A stretch of DNA of 64,000 bases from Vermamoeba vermiformis. Its lineage: Eukaryota. The stretch lies in assembly GCA_045837725.1 (NCBI GenBank), contig JBEWZL010000012.1:1-64000 (forward strand), given 5' to 3'. The first letter of the stretch is position 1; each line of letters starts with the position of its first letter. Positions 10,879-24,226 of the stretch are shown here, one piece after another. The notes under the pieces were generated by a model. The model ran no database searches, had not been told where the DNA came from, and saw nothing but the letters and a program-made list of their open reading frames with translations. Both the position numbers and the translations under genes were made by a program.

Positions 10879-12561
10879 TCACTTCAGCTTTGTCAAACGA
10901 GCACGAATAGATCCTTGACAGAATGGCATGCCAATAGCGCTGTAATAAACTACCGTTAGCACACAACATGCATTATGAACACGCGCCAAGCCTTACCGTG
11001 AAAAATCAGGAGCAGTGATGGGCGACAAGATTTCGATCTTGTAATTGGAAAACAACTCTAGCCAGCTGGTCTTCAGCACAGTGTTGGCAAACTTCTCGCC
11101 CAAACAGCGGTGCGGAGTGAATCCCCAGGGCATGTAAGTCTTCTCTTCGTTGTACTTCAAGTAGTCATCGCCGGCAAAGCGGTCAGGGTTGTAGACTTCA
11201 GGATTAGGGAAGATCTCGGGGTCGTTGTGGATCAAGTGCGGTGCGATGGCAACAATCTCACCCGTAGGAATGGCGCGGCCTCCGTACTCAGCTGGCACGA
11301 GAGCACGACGCGACAAAAACAACAAAGCGTAGCGACGAATAGTCTCCTTCAACACACTGTCCAAGAAATTCAATTTGTTCAATGTGTGCAGATCTACTTT
11401 GTTGCCACCTGTAGCTTGTTCAGCGTCTTTACGAGCACGCTCTTGGAACTCAGGGTTTGAGCCAATGTGTGCGAGGGACCAGGCAAGAGTACCAGCAGTG
11501 TTCGTGTGCGCGGCGAACATCAACGCGACGAGTCCAGACGAGAACCATTTGGCGTACTTCTCTTGCGGGTATCCGTCTTCCTGGGCCATGTTGAGGTTAG
11601 TTTGCAAGTAGTCCATGTTGTTTTTGTATTCCTCTTTGTTAGCCATACGTCTCTCGGTCTGAATTAAGATGGTTAATTATTGAGCTGTTTGACGAGAATT
11701 TGGCACGTACCTCCTCGGCGATGATATCAACGAGGCGTTGGCGAGAGTTCTTGACTAGTCTGTTTGAAGCGGTAGGGATCCAAGGTGCTACGAGCGAGAG
11801 TGGCTTGAAAGCGTTGAGCTCGATGTTGTAGTATGCTCGAGCGAATTCTTCGCCATACTTCTTATAAGTAGGCTCGCCCAAGAAGCACAACAAATTGCAA
11901 AGCACGACAATGCGCGAGATCTGCACGATGGAAGATTAGAACGGCACATAATCAAAATGACACGTGTCAAACACAAACCTCGGGAAACAGATCGAACTCT
12001 TCCATCTCTGCCAAGCGAGCGAATTGTTTGCGAGTCTCGTTGTTTACACAGTTGAAATAAAATTGCAATTTATCCGGCCGCAACAAGCCTTCAGACATGT
12101 AACGTGTGTCACCGTCGGGCCCTTCGGATTCCCACGCATCTGGGCCCACAACAGCTTGCACAAATCTTTTTGTCGCTGAAAATAGCGTATTAATAGTCAT
12201 GAAATCGGAATGGCTCTTATCTTACCCTTAACTGTCATTTCGTTTTCTGGGGCCTTGAAGAATTTCAAAATATCGCTTTTGTCGAAGCAGATCGTCATTC
12301 GCAATAAGAACAGATCAACAGTGAAGATGTTTCCGTACTTTTTTCTGGCCTCCGTAAGTAGAGCGGCAGGGTTTTCTGTGTTTGAGAAAAAACGTCAGAT
12401 CAGATCATAGATCGCAAAAAAGTATACTCACCTCCAAATTGCTTGGCTACGCTTGTTCCAGCTAAAAGCGGTATTCCAGGAATAGGTTTTGATTGAAGTG
12501 TTTTGGACACGAAGACCACAGCCAGTACAAGGGAAAGAAGAACCAACAACGCGATGTACAT
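10879..12561 (-). CDS. Cytochrome P450 (CYP51/CYP7-clan-like); multi-exon
   Basis: N-terminal TM MYIALLVLLSLVLAVVF, I-helix ALMFAAHTNTAGT, ExxR (ETIRR), PDRF, and heme motif PWGFTPHRCLGE. Confidence 0.92.
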
Positions 12562-12640
12562 TTCAAATTTTCGGATCCTTTTGTGTTGTTTACTTGGTAT
12601 GAAAGACTAGAATAACTGGATGTTTGTGCAATTTATTTAT

Positions 12641-12797
12641 CAGCGGAAAATCTTCTCCGGTGTCATTCATCAAAGTTTATCTTCCGGAATTAGCCGAAGA
12701 ATAACACTGTTTTATCTGGACTTTGAATGCGACAACGTACTGTAGATGTTTAAATCACCGCTGCATAGAAAATTTTGCAATAGCAGCGGAAAATCTT
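12641..12797. promoter_or_regulatory. 14-bp direct repeat CAGCGGAAAATCTT upstream of the P450
   Basis: Identical 14-mer at 12641-12654 and 12784-12797 in the P450 upstream region. Confidence 0.35.
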
Positions 12798-12913
12798 TCT
12801 GAAATGAATCACAAATTTTTATTCTGAGATTCGCGGTTAGGCTGAATTGATACGACCCTATTTAAAATCATTAAACGTTTACTAAAAGTACATTGGCGTT
12901 CCACAGTGTCATA

Positions 12914-15900
12914 TTAATTATCCTCCATTTCAATCGCACTGCTATGAACTGTTTTTGTCTTGGCGGTCGAACGACGTGAACTAAAGCCTGCTCGTCGCGA
13001 GTACTTAGAGAACAATGAACCGCGCTTGAACATCAAAATAAAGATGATGGCCGGTGCTAACTCGACAATGTACAAGAAGACCAGCACTCCAATCAGATTG
13101 CGTCCTGCAGTGTCGAATGAACTGTGCAGCAAATTACCCGCTTGACCCAACAAACAAAACGCTGATACGGCGGACACGATCACGAGCTGAAGGTTGGATA
13201 CCGGTCAATTTGGATTCATTAATGACGAATACTAGAGATGTACTTACGCGCATGATGGCGTGTTTTCGTCGTGCTTGTTTTGCAGCGTCACGGCCGTTAG
13301 TTGCGTTGTTGGTGCGCATCAGATGCAGAATGCGCACGCCGTACACGACAAAGAGCACCGAGAGTGTGACACAGACCAAGGCAAAGAAGACTTTGTAGGC
13401 AATAGCGACTCCTTCAGTGGGCGTGTGTTGATTCAATAACTCATCGGCACTCGTGGTGCAATCGACGACCAAGCGAGGATTGGGCAGTGTCAAGAAGAGA
13501 ATCAGGAGCACCAAGAAGATGATCACGAGTGCCACATTGATGGCAATGACGACTGGTTTCAGCTTGGAAAAGCCACTCGTGCCGCTAGAACTCATCGTGA
13601 AGTGGTAGATTTCAGCCCTGAAGGTTGATGTCAACTTGCGGTCTATCGTAATAATGTAGGTCCAGGTACGTACCAGCGCACTACAATCACCGAATAAATG
13701 GAGCAGAACAACAGCGCGGGTAATTCTGAGAAAATGACGTCGGCTGGACGTGACGCTTCCAAGGCACCAAACGGCAACAAGAACAAGTAGAGCAAGCGAA
13801 CTAATGGCCAGGTTAGAAATGACTGAGTGCTTATTAAATTGGACTTACTCAACAACACGACGGTTAAGATCAACAGCGCAATACGACCCAAGCTAAAGAA
13901 GCCCTTAGTACGCGCACTTCTAAACCAATCGATGGTGTGCATGGTCAAGTGATAGATCGTCAGCGCTTCGACGAGCAAGTACAACAAAATGCCGAAGAAA
14001 ATGATGAATATTTCTCCCACAAACAAGCCCTGAATGAAACTCGCGTCTTGGTAGTTCTCGATGACTGCAGCGGGGAAGAATGCAATCGGGTCTGTGCTGT
14101 TGTATTCTCTTTCTACACATGCCTCGCTGCATTATTTGTTAGGGACATATGACAAGATGACTGATGAACCTTACGTAGCATCGAGAGGGAGTTCCAGACC
14201 AATGTTTTGGAAGGCAAGGTAACTGCTGTTGAGAGGATAGGCAAGGTCAAAGTACTTGACTTCTAAGCTCGACGTCCAGTTCTTGGGCAAATTGAAGCAG
14301 AATACGACACCTTTCACGATCGGATTGATAGTTGTCAACTCCACGCCATCGCCAATCAGTTCTCCAACAGCTACACCGTGCTCGTTCTTAACGAACTTGA
14401 CTTGATCTGACTTGCCTGATTGAGACAGCGAGACTGACACGGAACTCAACGTCACTTGTTTGCGTTGAATGAATTGCGCCAAAGGTACCTAGATAGTCTC
14501 ATGTCAGGAAGTTACAAACAGATTAAATTTCACGAGTGCTACGTACGATTGTTATCGGCAGTTCAGCGCAATCAGAATTCGACACAGCCACATCTGAAGT
14601 GACTACAATGTAGCCTGCTGGGTGATCAATCTTCGTGGGAACTGAGTTGCAAATTTGCGATGTCTGCACGACCTGCTTAGTGACACCGCCGAAGCACTGG
14701 CCATTCGAGTCTCGATCACTGCCACAATCACACGCCAAGTCGCCGATGACTTGAGCGCGCTGACCGTAGCGACAAAGAATGTTCGAGCTCACAATGTTCG
14801 AGTAGCGGCGCACAATCGAGCGGTTGTGGTACTCTTCGAACAACGTCGTGTTGACGAGTGTGACCCATGTGTTCGCTTGTTTGAATTGCCGTTGTACCCA
14901 GCGACGAGGAGTCCATTGCTCTTTGATCCATTTGGCTTGAGTCCACGTGAAGAACGGACGCAATTCTCCGCCGCACAAGCCGCACTCGGTCTCGTTCTTG
15001 AATGTCACACCACCCGGTCGTTGGTAGTACGGTGCAGCAGGCACTAACGAGCCAGTGATTTGTTGTTCGAAGCATGTCTGAGCCTTTGAAAGGCACTCAG
15101 ATTTCGTGGCTGACTTCACGTACCAATTGCTGAATGAAACAGCGTTAGGCCTGCAGCAACACAACTGCTCGATGGACTTACCCGCCCATGGCTTGACAAG
15201 TACTCGTCTCGTTGATTGATCCGTCGTGACATCCCAAGGGTGTCCACTCAGCGGTAGTGTCGCAGTTGCCATCGTCGTTGAAGGGCAGATGACAGCCGTT
15301 GAAATCAGAACACTGTCCTGCCAGAGCACACGTCGGCTCGTCAAAACAGTCAGCACAACCCTCGCAGAAATATCGGCTGAGACAGTCAGCTTCAGTGTTG
15401 TAGAGAGCAGAGGGCCAGCAAAAGCCAAGACTGGTGCAGGAGGCTTCGTCCGTGTAGACATTCTTGTACAAGGCCGTACCGGGCCTAAAAAATGAGTTGA
15501 TTATTAGACGTAAGGTCCAAATACTAAGAATTATAGGCACGTACCACCACTGCAGGGGACTGAGGCACGTAGCTTGGGTGGCACCTTGAGCTGTGCACAC
15601 GCCACCACCAGCCGTAGTATTCCATTGTAACGCAAAGCCGTTTGTAGTACCACTGCAGGTGCCTACACTATTCTTTGTTGGATCGAAGCAGTACGCGCCA
15701 CACATGCCCTGTTGAGGTCATTAGCGCTCGCATGCAAAGTGTCAAAGTCACGTACCGAACTGACGTCAGTGGGACATCGATCAGCTGGGAAACAGGTGCC
15801 GTTGTAGCGGTAACAGATCGGCACTCCATTGTTGGTCGAGAGTGGATTGATGTGCCCGCCAAAGTCATTGACACATTGTGCTGATGTGCCGAATGACATG

Positions 15901-18900
15901 TACTCGCAGTGAGCGAAGGAAGAGCTCTAATTCAAATTGTTAATGTTGATCCGATGCTAGTGAGGCTGTTAACGCACCTCGAAACATTCGTTTTGACCGA
16001 AGCAAGCCTCGCAATAATAATCGCTGCCGTTGATCAGCGGATCCAAACAATTTTGTTGAGTGCAGACAGCAGGGCTCTCTAAATCATTGCAGAATGCCCA
16101 GTTACACAGGCGCGTCTGTTCGCAGAGTTGTTGATTGGTCAGTTGTTCGGGGGTGATGAGGCCAACACCTTGACAACCATTCTCAACCAACGTGCTGAAG
16201 AAGCGTGCTTGGTACTCTTGGTCCGTGGAAGACGCTGCAAAAAACAATCAGAAATCGCTCGCAAGACAATAACAAGCATAATACTACTTACAATTCAATC
16301 CGAGCTCTTGTCGAATGAACAAATTGACGTAGTTATTCATGTTGGAATTCAAGCACTATTGACAGTTAATGAACTGAACTTATTCACAAGTACAACTTAC
16401 ATCAATCAATAAGGCATTAGACAGGGCTGAAATTGTATCATTGCGCTCATAAGGATCGTACAAGAAGCACGTCTTGTCGCCCTGCACGACATCACATCGA
16501 CCAGTCAAACAATCAGCGTCAGTGTTGCACGGCACGGTGCACCATCCAACGCCCAAACAAACTGTGTTTCGTGTGCCCAATGCCGCGAAACAATCGTCAC
16601 TGGTGTGGCTGTTAGTCAGCGGCAACTTTAAACAATGTAAACGCGTACTTGACACTGCAAATTGTTTGATAGATGTTCTGTTGACACGAGGCCAGTGGAT
16701 TTTGAATGAACAATGGATCGTTGAGTGCCTGAATGTGTTATGTTAGCTCGTAAATACTAACTGCAAACAGGACACGTACGCGAATGGTCTCTTGCACGCA
16801 GTTAGTTGTCACAGTGCCCGATGCATCAGCGAGGACCATGTAGTCGTGCAGTACTTGCTGTACACAGTGTTAGCGATGTGTTATATTAGAGCTCGTTAAA
16901 TACTCACCGATGAGCAGTTAGCAAATCTGCACGAATTAGCGACAGCGTCAGAATTGATGCTGAAGGCACGAGCATTGGTAGTGACAGTGCGCGAGGCACA
17001 GCACATGGTAGCTTGCAGCTGTGGATTGCAGCACGGGTCTTCCAAGTACTCGGCACTCGTCGGGTCAGTCGCGAAACAGTTCTGCGTGTCGTTGATCGTT
17101 TGAAGATGCAGTTCTGAGGTGAGCAACGAGTTCTCGATCATTTGCACGCAGCCGAGCCACCAATCAGCGACGGTGAATGCAGTAGCCTGTGAGGACATAT
17201 TAATATATATATATATTTGTCTTATAAAACACTCGGACGGACGTACTCGGTACAAATACTGATTGACGCTGTCAACGACTGACGTGGACAGTGTTGAGAG
17301 CTGCGACACCAAGTCAGTGATGCCTTGCGCTGATTTGCTGAACGACTGTTTGGAACAGCTCAGTGCGCGTCGACTGATCTTACTCGTGCCTGCGAACACT
17401 TCACCAGCGAGGTTGATCATGTTCGGGAATGAGTAAGTGCAAGTCGGATCATTCAAAATAGACGTGTTGAACAAAAATTGCGTGGACGAGGTCTAATATA
17501 TAGTGATTAGATAGATATACCAAGGAGTCATTATTATTTCTACTCACGCTGATGGAAGTGAAACGAACAGTCTGAGTGCGAAGAGCGATCGAGATCTGCT
17601 TCAAGTGATAGTTGTCCTGGATATCGAGACCACTTGGAAGAACAATCGATTAATACCCAAGAATATAGTACAATAGCGAAGTACTCACGTGAGTTGCGCT
17701 TGTCTCGAAAACAACGGATCATCAGTGGGTGGCAATGTCAAACAATAAGTGTTTTCGCACTCGGTCGGAGAGAGCACTGTTTGGCCATTGCAATTAATCT
17801 GCAGCATGGGCACGTAGTAGAAGTCAGTTGCATTCAAGCGCGTATCGGCTGCATCGATGAAAATTAATATGAATAACCTTTATTCCCATTTTATTAAAAA
17901 CGGTACCACAAAAATTTATCAGAAACTTTTTTGATAATTTTGGTAGCGGTGTAACTTTTTTCAAACACTCGCTAAATCGTTCGCTCTTGCAGCAGTTAGT
18001 AGGACTATGGAAATGCCCACTAACTCAGCAACAGCAATCGCGCAACTTGTCGTCTAAGAAAAGTTTGTGCGGTTTCAAATTATCAAAAAAATTTATGAAA
18101 AAAAAGAAGTGGTGCCGTTTTTAGTAAAACGGGAATAAACACAGTAACTCAACACTTACTAATGATATCGATTTGAAACGATGTCTTGGCAAAAGCAAAT
18201 ATAGTAAAGAATATTCTACCGTCCCATGGAGGGTTTTGATCGACAATGAACGAAGTGGCGCAACATGCTCTCAAAGAATCAGATCCAGGGCCTAAAAATA
18301 ATGTAAATACTCTGAAAATATTCTAATCGCTAATATAAGTACTTACGTTGCGATACTAAGTCGGCATTGTCAACAGTTGGGCGTGGATTTGTTGAAACAA
18401 ACGAAATGTACATATCAGGGTCACCAGACAATGCTCTGAGTTAAAGTACGTTATATAATGCATTATTTTGGCAATTTTAAATATAATTTTGATTCGACTT
18501 GTGGCGATGTGTACGCCCAACATAAAAATAATAACGCGGTACTTCTTTTGAATTTCTTTCAAATTAATTGCTTACCTTATAACAATTGAAAATGAATAGC
18601 AATCCGCTGGATTAGCAATTTTGAAATCAAAGTACATGTATTCTCCGTTATCAAGCTGCCAGATCTTCTCATCCTCATTTCCATCCACACACGTGTTATT
18701 GAACGCAGACGAATAGCACCCACTTGTTACTGTGTCGCTGCAGCACGTCTCGAGTGTGGTATTGTAGGAGGTGCTGTTGCCGCAGCCCGTCCAGTCCACG
18801 AATGGATCGTCATCCAAGTACGCTTTTAAAAGAAGGGATTAGTAACCCGAGTATGGAAATATAAATTTGATACTGAAAGCATAGATTAGAGAGTGATTCA

Positions 18901-19405
18901 GATTAAGATTTCGATGTACTGAAATGTGGAATGAAAGGGATCTGTCAAACTATGACAGGCGCTAAAAATATTGAAAAATTCGCCGTTGCAGAGAATCTAA
19001 TAGGCAAATTATCTATTATTTAATGAAGATACTATTTTGTTTTTATCATGAATGTCTTTGTGATAAATGAGTTATTCGGATAATTTTTCTAGAAGTTGAT
19101 AGAATTTCATGATTTTCAATTAGAGTATCTATCGTTGCAGTCGACAGAAGTACGACTAAACTAAGCTATGTTTTAAATATAAATAGTTTTGACTATCTGC
19201 GGGGACCATCTCAGTTATTGGATCTACCTGTCAAAACGGCAAACTCGTTTCGTTCTTCGAGCGTTTGAAAGGCCTTAATATTGTAGTCTATTTCTGATAT
19301 CTGAGCGGCATTGGTGTAAGATACAACGATAAATAAATTTAAGATTACGGAAAGGACATGGATCAGCCGCAGTTTACGAGTAAATAAACGGCTGCAGTAG
19401 CTCAT
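12914..19405 (-). CDS. Giant Cys-rich ectodomain plus ~7-TM membrane protein (GPCR-like/TOM1-like TM region), paralog A; many exons
   Basis: Signal peptide in the first exon (19405), many Cys-rich exons (DPCCNP, CEQTRLCNWAFC, CSDFNGC, LACDCG), RKQVTLSSVSVSLSQSGK..GELIGDG, and hydrophobic helices at 14030-13000 (SELPALLF, RWAEIYHF). Confidence 0.85.
17879..18139. mobile_element. MITE-like non-autonomous element with ~31-bp terminal inverted repeats inside an intron
   Basis: The left end tttattcccattttattaaaaacggtaccac matches the reverse complement of the right end (tttattcccgttttactaaaaacggcaccac) at 28/31. An inner inverted pair ttttttgataattt / aaattatcaaaaaa is also present. No clear TSD was seen. 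Confidence 0.75.
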
Positions 19406-19696
19406 TGAGTATTCGTACTAAATTGAGTATCTACTCGGTCCTTGTCTACTTCCGTATCTTGCAAAACAAATAACGTCCCCAACAAAATTCTGCACATAAT
19501 TCCAGCCCTCTAAAATTAACCGCAACAAACGAAAATCAAACTTAGGAACCGATGAGTTACCGTCTCTTTCATAGGAATGTTCAATATAGTAAGTTGCAAT
19601 TTCCCAATGCAGCTATTTTCGTTTTCTTTGATTGACACTTTGAGGTAAATCCGTTTTAGCAGTAAGATTTATCTTTTAGTTAGTTATATTAGTTAT

Positions 19697-20416
19697 TTAC
19701 AAGACTAGTGATAAAAATACCACAAAAATACTGGAAATATACAGCTTTGCCGCTCCGCTTGAAGGAGCAGGGATTTGAACAATGCACGCGTACGCGGTGC
19801 CACCGTTGCATTGATTGAGCGGCAAGGTGCTAGTCGCGCAATTACCTTTGCAATTTCTCTGGTCGCAATTGCGCGCTACGACTCCGTTCTCATCGCACGT
19901 GTAGTACGAGCTGACTGTTGTTCCGTTATTGGTCTCTTTGTTGTTGATGCAGGTGGGGATCGGGGAAACATATCGAAGCAAGATCTGCGATGAAGCGTCA
20001 CAATTCGCAGTAGAGTATTGTACAATCGCGATGGTGTGGTTGATGAACGAATCTGGCAGCGACGGACATTTGTACAGCGTGGATTGGTTGTTAGGATTTG
20101 TTAAGCATTGTAACGTGGTTGTAGTGGGTGAGCTGCAGTTGTTGCATTGGCTGTCCGTGCACAAGGTGGTACTGTAAGAAGATGCGCCGTCTTCGCAATT
20201 AAGTTTTTGGTATACTCCTGCATTTTCTGGCACTGGAATGCAAGTATTTAATGGATATATAGTCGATGATTGTAATCTATCGTCGCAATTGGCTCCAAAA
20301 AATGTTGTAACTGAAAATGCTTTGCTGGGTGTCACGATCTCAACTTGTTGCGCATAGCCTGAAAGAATATTACTAAAAACCATACATATAAATATATAGA
20401 ACCGTAGACTCTTCAT
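19697..20416 (-). CDS. Secreted/GPI-anchored Cys-rich surface protein; single exon
   Basis: Signal peptide MKSLRFYIFICMVFSNILSGYA (likely start 20416), two Cys-rich repeats, and C-terminal PSSGAAKLYISSIFVVFLSLVL typical of GPI signals. Confidence 0.8.
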   Translation of the reverse strand: MKSLRFYIFICMVFSNILSGYAQQVEIVTPSKAFSVTTFFGANCDDRLQSSTIYPLNTCIPVPENAGVYQKLNCEDGASSYSTTLCTDSQCNNCSSPTTTTLQCLTNPNNQSTLYKCPSLPDSFINHTIAIVQYSTANCDASSQILLRYVSPIPTCINNKETNNGTTVSSYYTCDENGVVARNCDQRNCKGNCATSTLPLNQCNGGTAYACIVQIPAPSSGAAKLYISSIFVVFLSLVL

Positions 20417-20606
20417 TTCAGCAATGTATTGTCTCTTGTTGTGTACGTAGAAGATTTTGTGATAAAACAAGATTGTGAGGCCATGGGCAGCGCAACAACT
20501 GGCCCGAAAAAATAATCTGTTTGAACTGCACGTAAATACTAGAATAGCACAATAAGCTACTGTCAACATAATACGTTAAGTAAACAGCGAGCAAAGAGAG
20601 GTCAAA

Positions 20607-22221
20607 ATGTCAGGCAAACTAACGCAGTTTATGAACCAAAAGGTAATTTTATATTATATATTTTAGCACTGTACGTGCGTTTATTAAAGCATAAGAGTCT
20701 ATTGTGGATCGTCGCTGATCCACCATAATAAACTTTTTCTTTTACTATTCACAAATAATTCCATTTGTAAATTACAATTAAATAACAACCATTATTAAAA
20801 CGTTTTAATTACAGGGTTTTCACCCAGGCTCAAATGCCAACAGAAAGAAAGTATTTATCGCACAACAAAAAGAAATTGAAGCAAAAAAGCGAGCAGCAGA
20901 AAGACAAGCTGAATTGGACAAAGAACGCTCGATGATGAAGTCTAGGTAAGTATTCTAATTTTTAAAATTAATAATATCGAGATCCGGGCGATCTGACCCC
21001 TAATTCCAGAAAAATGCTAGGACAAGATAGCGAGCTTGATTTTATGTACAAGGCACCTCCTGGATATGAGGCAAACAAACAGAAGCCAGCTGAAACTCAA
21101 AACAATGCTATTCCAGCCATGTCCATTCCGCACTACACCACTGAAACAGTCGAAGACAAGAAGCCAATTCACAAAGCCACAACTGCCAAAGAACTCGAAG
21201 AGAGATTTCCGCACTTGAAAGGCGCACCGAAAGAAGCAGGCTATGCGAACAATATTGCAGTTAACGTTAAACCACTCGGGCTCGAAGTCAGAAACGTAAG
21301 TCCATTCGGTAAAATGTCAATTATGCCTCTAATACGCATTTGATAGGTGCGATGTGCTCGATGTGGTAATTGGGGCCACACATCAGGTGATCGCGAGTGC
21401 CCGATGAAAGATTTCAATCCGCGAGGTACGTCAGTACTGGTCCGTACAAATTGAGCTAACAGTCTTTAGATGACTTCCACAAGAACTACGAAGACCCTAT
21501 GGCGGGCATGCAGAACTCGTTCAAGTCAGGCAGCTTGGTGTTGAAGAGCACATTACAATCAGATCAGTTTGGAAAGAATGTAAGCTTGTTGAATACAGTT
21601 CGATTCTATTGATGCTAATAGCCACGAACAGGTAAATAAATCGTCGACGATGATATTAGAAGCAGAGGAAGAGGAAGAAGAAGAGGACCTTGAAGCTGCA
21701 TTCCTCAACTCACTGACGAAGAAACAAAAGAAAATGCTCTTGAAGTACGCGAAACATATTTATAAAATCAATATTGATCTAACGTCTACATTAGGCGACT
21801 GGAGAAAGAAGAACGAAAGCAGATGAAAAGAGACAAAAAAGAAAAGAAACGCAAGAGGTCAGAGAGCAGTTCAAGTAGCTCGAGTGAGAGCGACGACGAA
21901 GACGACAGACGTGACAGGAAGCGCCAAAAGACTGACGATGACACGCGCAAGGATCGGGCCTCTAATACAGATCACAAGGACCAATCAGCTGCTGGCAATG
22001 ATCGCCGAGAATCACGCGATGAAAGACGAGGCAGAGATGACGAGCACAGAGAGCGGAGAGAACGCGATTATGATAGAGATAGAGACAGACGTGATACTGA
22101 TCGCGATAGAGACAATAGACGCTATAGTGATCGAGACTACAAAAGTGACAGGCGGCACAGTGAACGGAGTGACAGGTCGCGCAGATCTCGCTCTCGTTCT
22201 CGATCACGTGACAGACGGTAG
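20607..22221 (+). CDS. CIR1: CIR1-like splicing/corepressor protein (Cir_N, zinc knuckle, RS/RD tail); multi-exon
   Basis: FMNQK|GFHPGSNANRKKVFIA, LDFMYKAPPG, KPLGLEVRN|VRCARCGNWGHTSGDRECP, and an RD/RS-rich C-terminus. Confidence 0.85.
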
Positions 22222-22329
22222 CTTCAGTGCTACCCTCAGTGTGTTCAGATTGACATGTAAATAAAGAAATTGAACTGGAGTGTGTACGTAAGCAATTGAA
22301 CTATTTACACTCTGTACAACTCGGTCTAT

Positions 22330-23074
22330 TTACATGTTGTTATTGTTCTTCACAGCCAGTTTGACAGGAGGGACAAATGAGGCGTGAAGGCGCGTGTAGA
22401 GTCGAGCGAGGGCCCAATAGCCCTTCGCATCACCTGCGCGCAAGAGATTGCCGCAGTCACAATTGAGCGGGCTGTCTGCCTCTGGATGTGCTAACAACGA
22501 GATAATTGAACGACTTACTGCCTGTAATGTGTATCTGCATAGTGATAGAGTTAACACTGAGAGTCAATAAAAAGTGCCTGACTTACACCGCGGACCACTG
22601 GTTCTTGAGAAGGTCCAAACATATTTCGCCAGTTTTAAAGTGTACATTAGGATGAAATATTTTTGTAACAAATTTCACTGTCGGAGGTGCGAGAGGATAT
22701 TGCGAAGGAACGTCAATCTCGAGTTGAAAATAACCTAAAATAATTTTAGAAAGGTCAAATATTTATGTAATAATTATTTTCGTGTATTAGCGCGTTGTTG
22801 GTGCTAATCCGTCGTATTACAAGCATAAATTAATTACAGAATCATTTTTAATGAAATTTGAAAATTGTGGAAATTAGCTATTTTTTTCAATTTAAAGATA
22901 CTGACCTCCTTCGTAGGGCGTGTCTACGGGTCCGCATATCCATCCTTTCCAATGATAAAGTCCATCCGGGTCGTTTGGATCTTCAATCTGCAAGATGACA
23001 TCCGCTTGTGGGCCTTCATCCTGAATAGTTTTCAATTCTTTCATAAGTCGTCGTAAAGCACTGTTACGCGCCAT
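22330..23074 (-). CDS. PEX4: Ubiquitin-conjugating enzyme E2, peroxin-4 type; multi-exon
   Basis: [37 protein letters not shown], and [21 protein letters not shown] characteristic of PEX4. Confidence 0.88.
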
Positions 23075-23197
23075 TGTGGGTCACACGAGATACAGGAAAA
23101 TAATAATGTCAATGATTCAAAAATAAACCTAAAATAAGTAATTGTTGGCCTTGATCGTTATTTTTTAGTTGGATACAATCCGTAACTGAAACCACAA

Positions 23198-24226
23198 ATG
23201 AGCTCGGAAAACGGAAGTGCCGAGGATACTGTCGTGCAACAAATGGACCATGGCCCAGACGATAACAGCGACAACAGAGCCGAAGCTGATCTGAAGTAAA
23301 TCCTGCAAATAGCTCTCCACCACCTTTGAAAAAAAAATTCAGTAATTTCTTTCGAATAGTGACTAATAATATAACCTACCTTAAAAGCGCAAACCTAATA
23401 TTTTTAGCTCATGGTGGTCTTTAGGAATTTTATTTTTATAATTCTAAATTTTTGCTACTCTAGCGATGATGCAAGCCAGCACAGCGACTATCGCGAGGAA
23501 TATGACCAAGATCAAGAGCAGGACCGCTCTTCGCAGGATGGCGACAGAGAACGGTACGCATCAGATTCGCAACGACAGTATGTAAGACGTCCGTACACTA
23601 AATACAACAATAACGGACGGGGTCGTTATAACAACCATGGTGGCTACTACAACCGTCGCTATAACAATGGACACTATAACAACAATGGCTACTACAACAA
23701 TGGGCAACAGCAGAGACGTTTGAGCGAGGACGATCTTCTGAATCAAGCAAGAAAGCGACGAAGACCCGAAGAAATGACTGCTAGCGAATACTACGAGCTA
23801 AAAAAGCGACATATTCACTATGGTGATGGCTACGATAATTCAGGTTATAGACAACAAAGGCAACAGTACGATAACAGAGAGCGCATCCCACCAACAATTG
23901 TACCTCCAAGCTCTCAGTCTACTAAAGAGAGCAATTATTCTGGCTCGTCTAGGTCAGCTGATGGTAAAGAAGAGAGCGGCGATATGAAGAAGTTGGTCAA
24001 AGAGGCCGTCGAATCTGCTTTGGATGAAGTGGCGCGAGTCAAAGAGGAGAACAAACGACTCATGGACGAGAATCGTGGCTATCAAGAGGAGAATTATAAG
24101 CTTCAAAGACAATTGGAAGACCTGTCTCGACGATGTCGTCGCACTGAAGACTACAACAATCAGATCAAAGTGAAATTGACCGAGGCCATTGACGCCTTGA
24201 AAGAGGTCTATCAGAACATGAATTAA
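23198..24226 (+). CDS. Hypothetical protein with an N/Y/G-rich low-complexity region and a C-terminal coiled coil; 2 exons
   Basis: Exon 1 MSSENGS..ADL then a GTAAAT intron joined in frame to the long ORF at ~23464; YNNNGRGRYNNHGGYYNRRYNNG; heptad-rich C-terminus. Confidence 0.7.
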
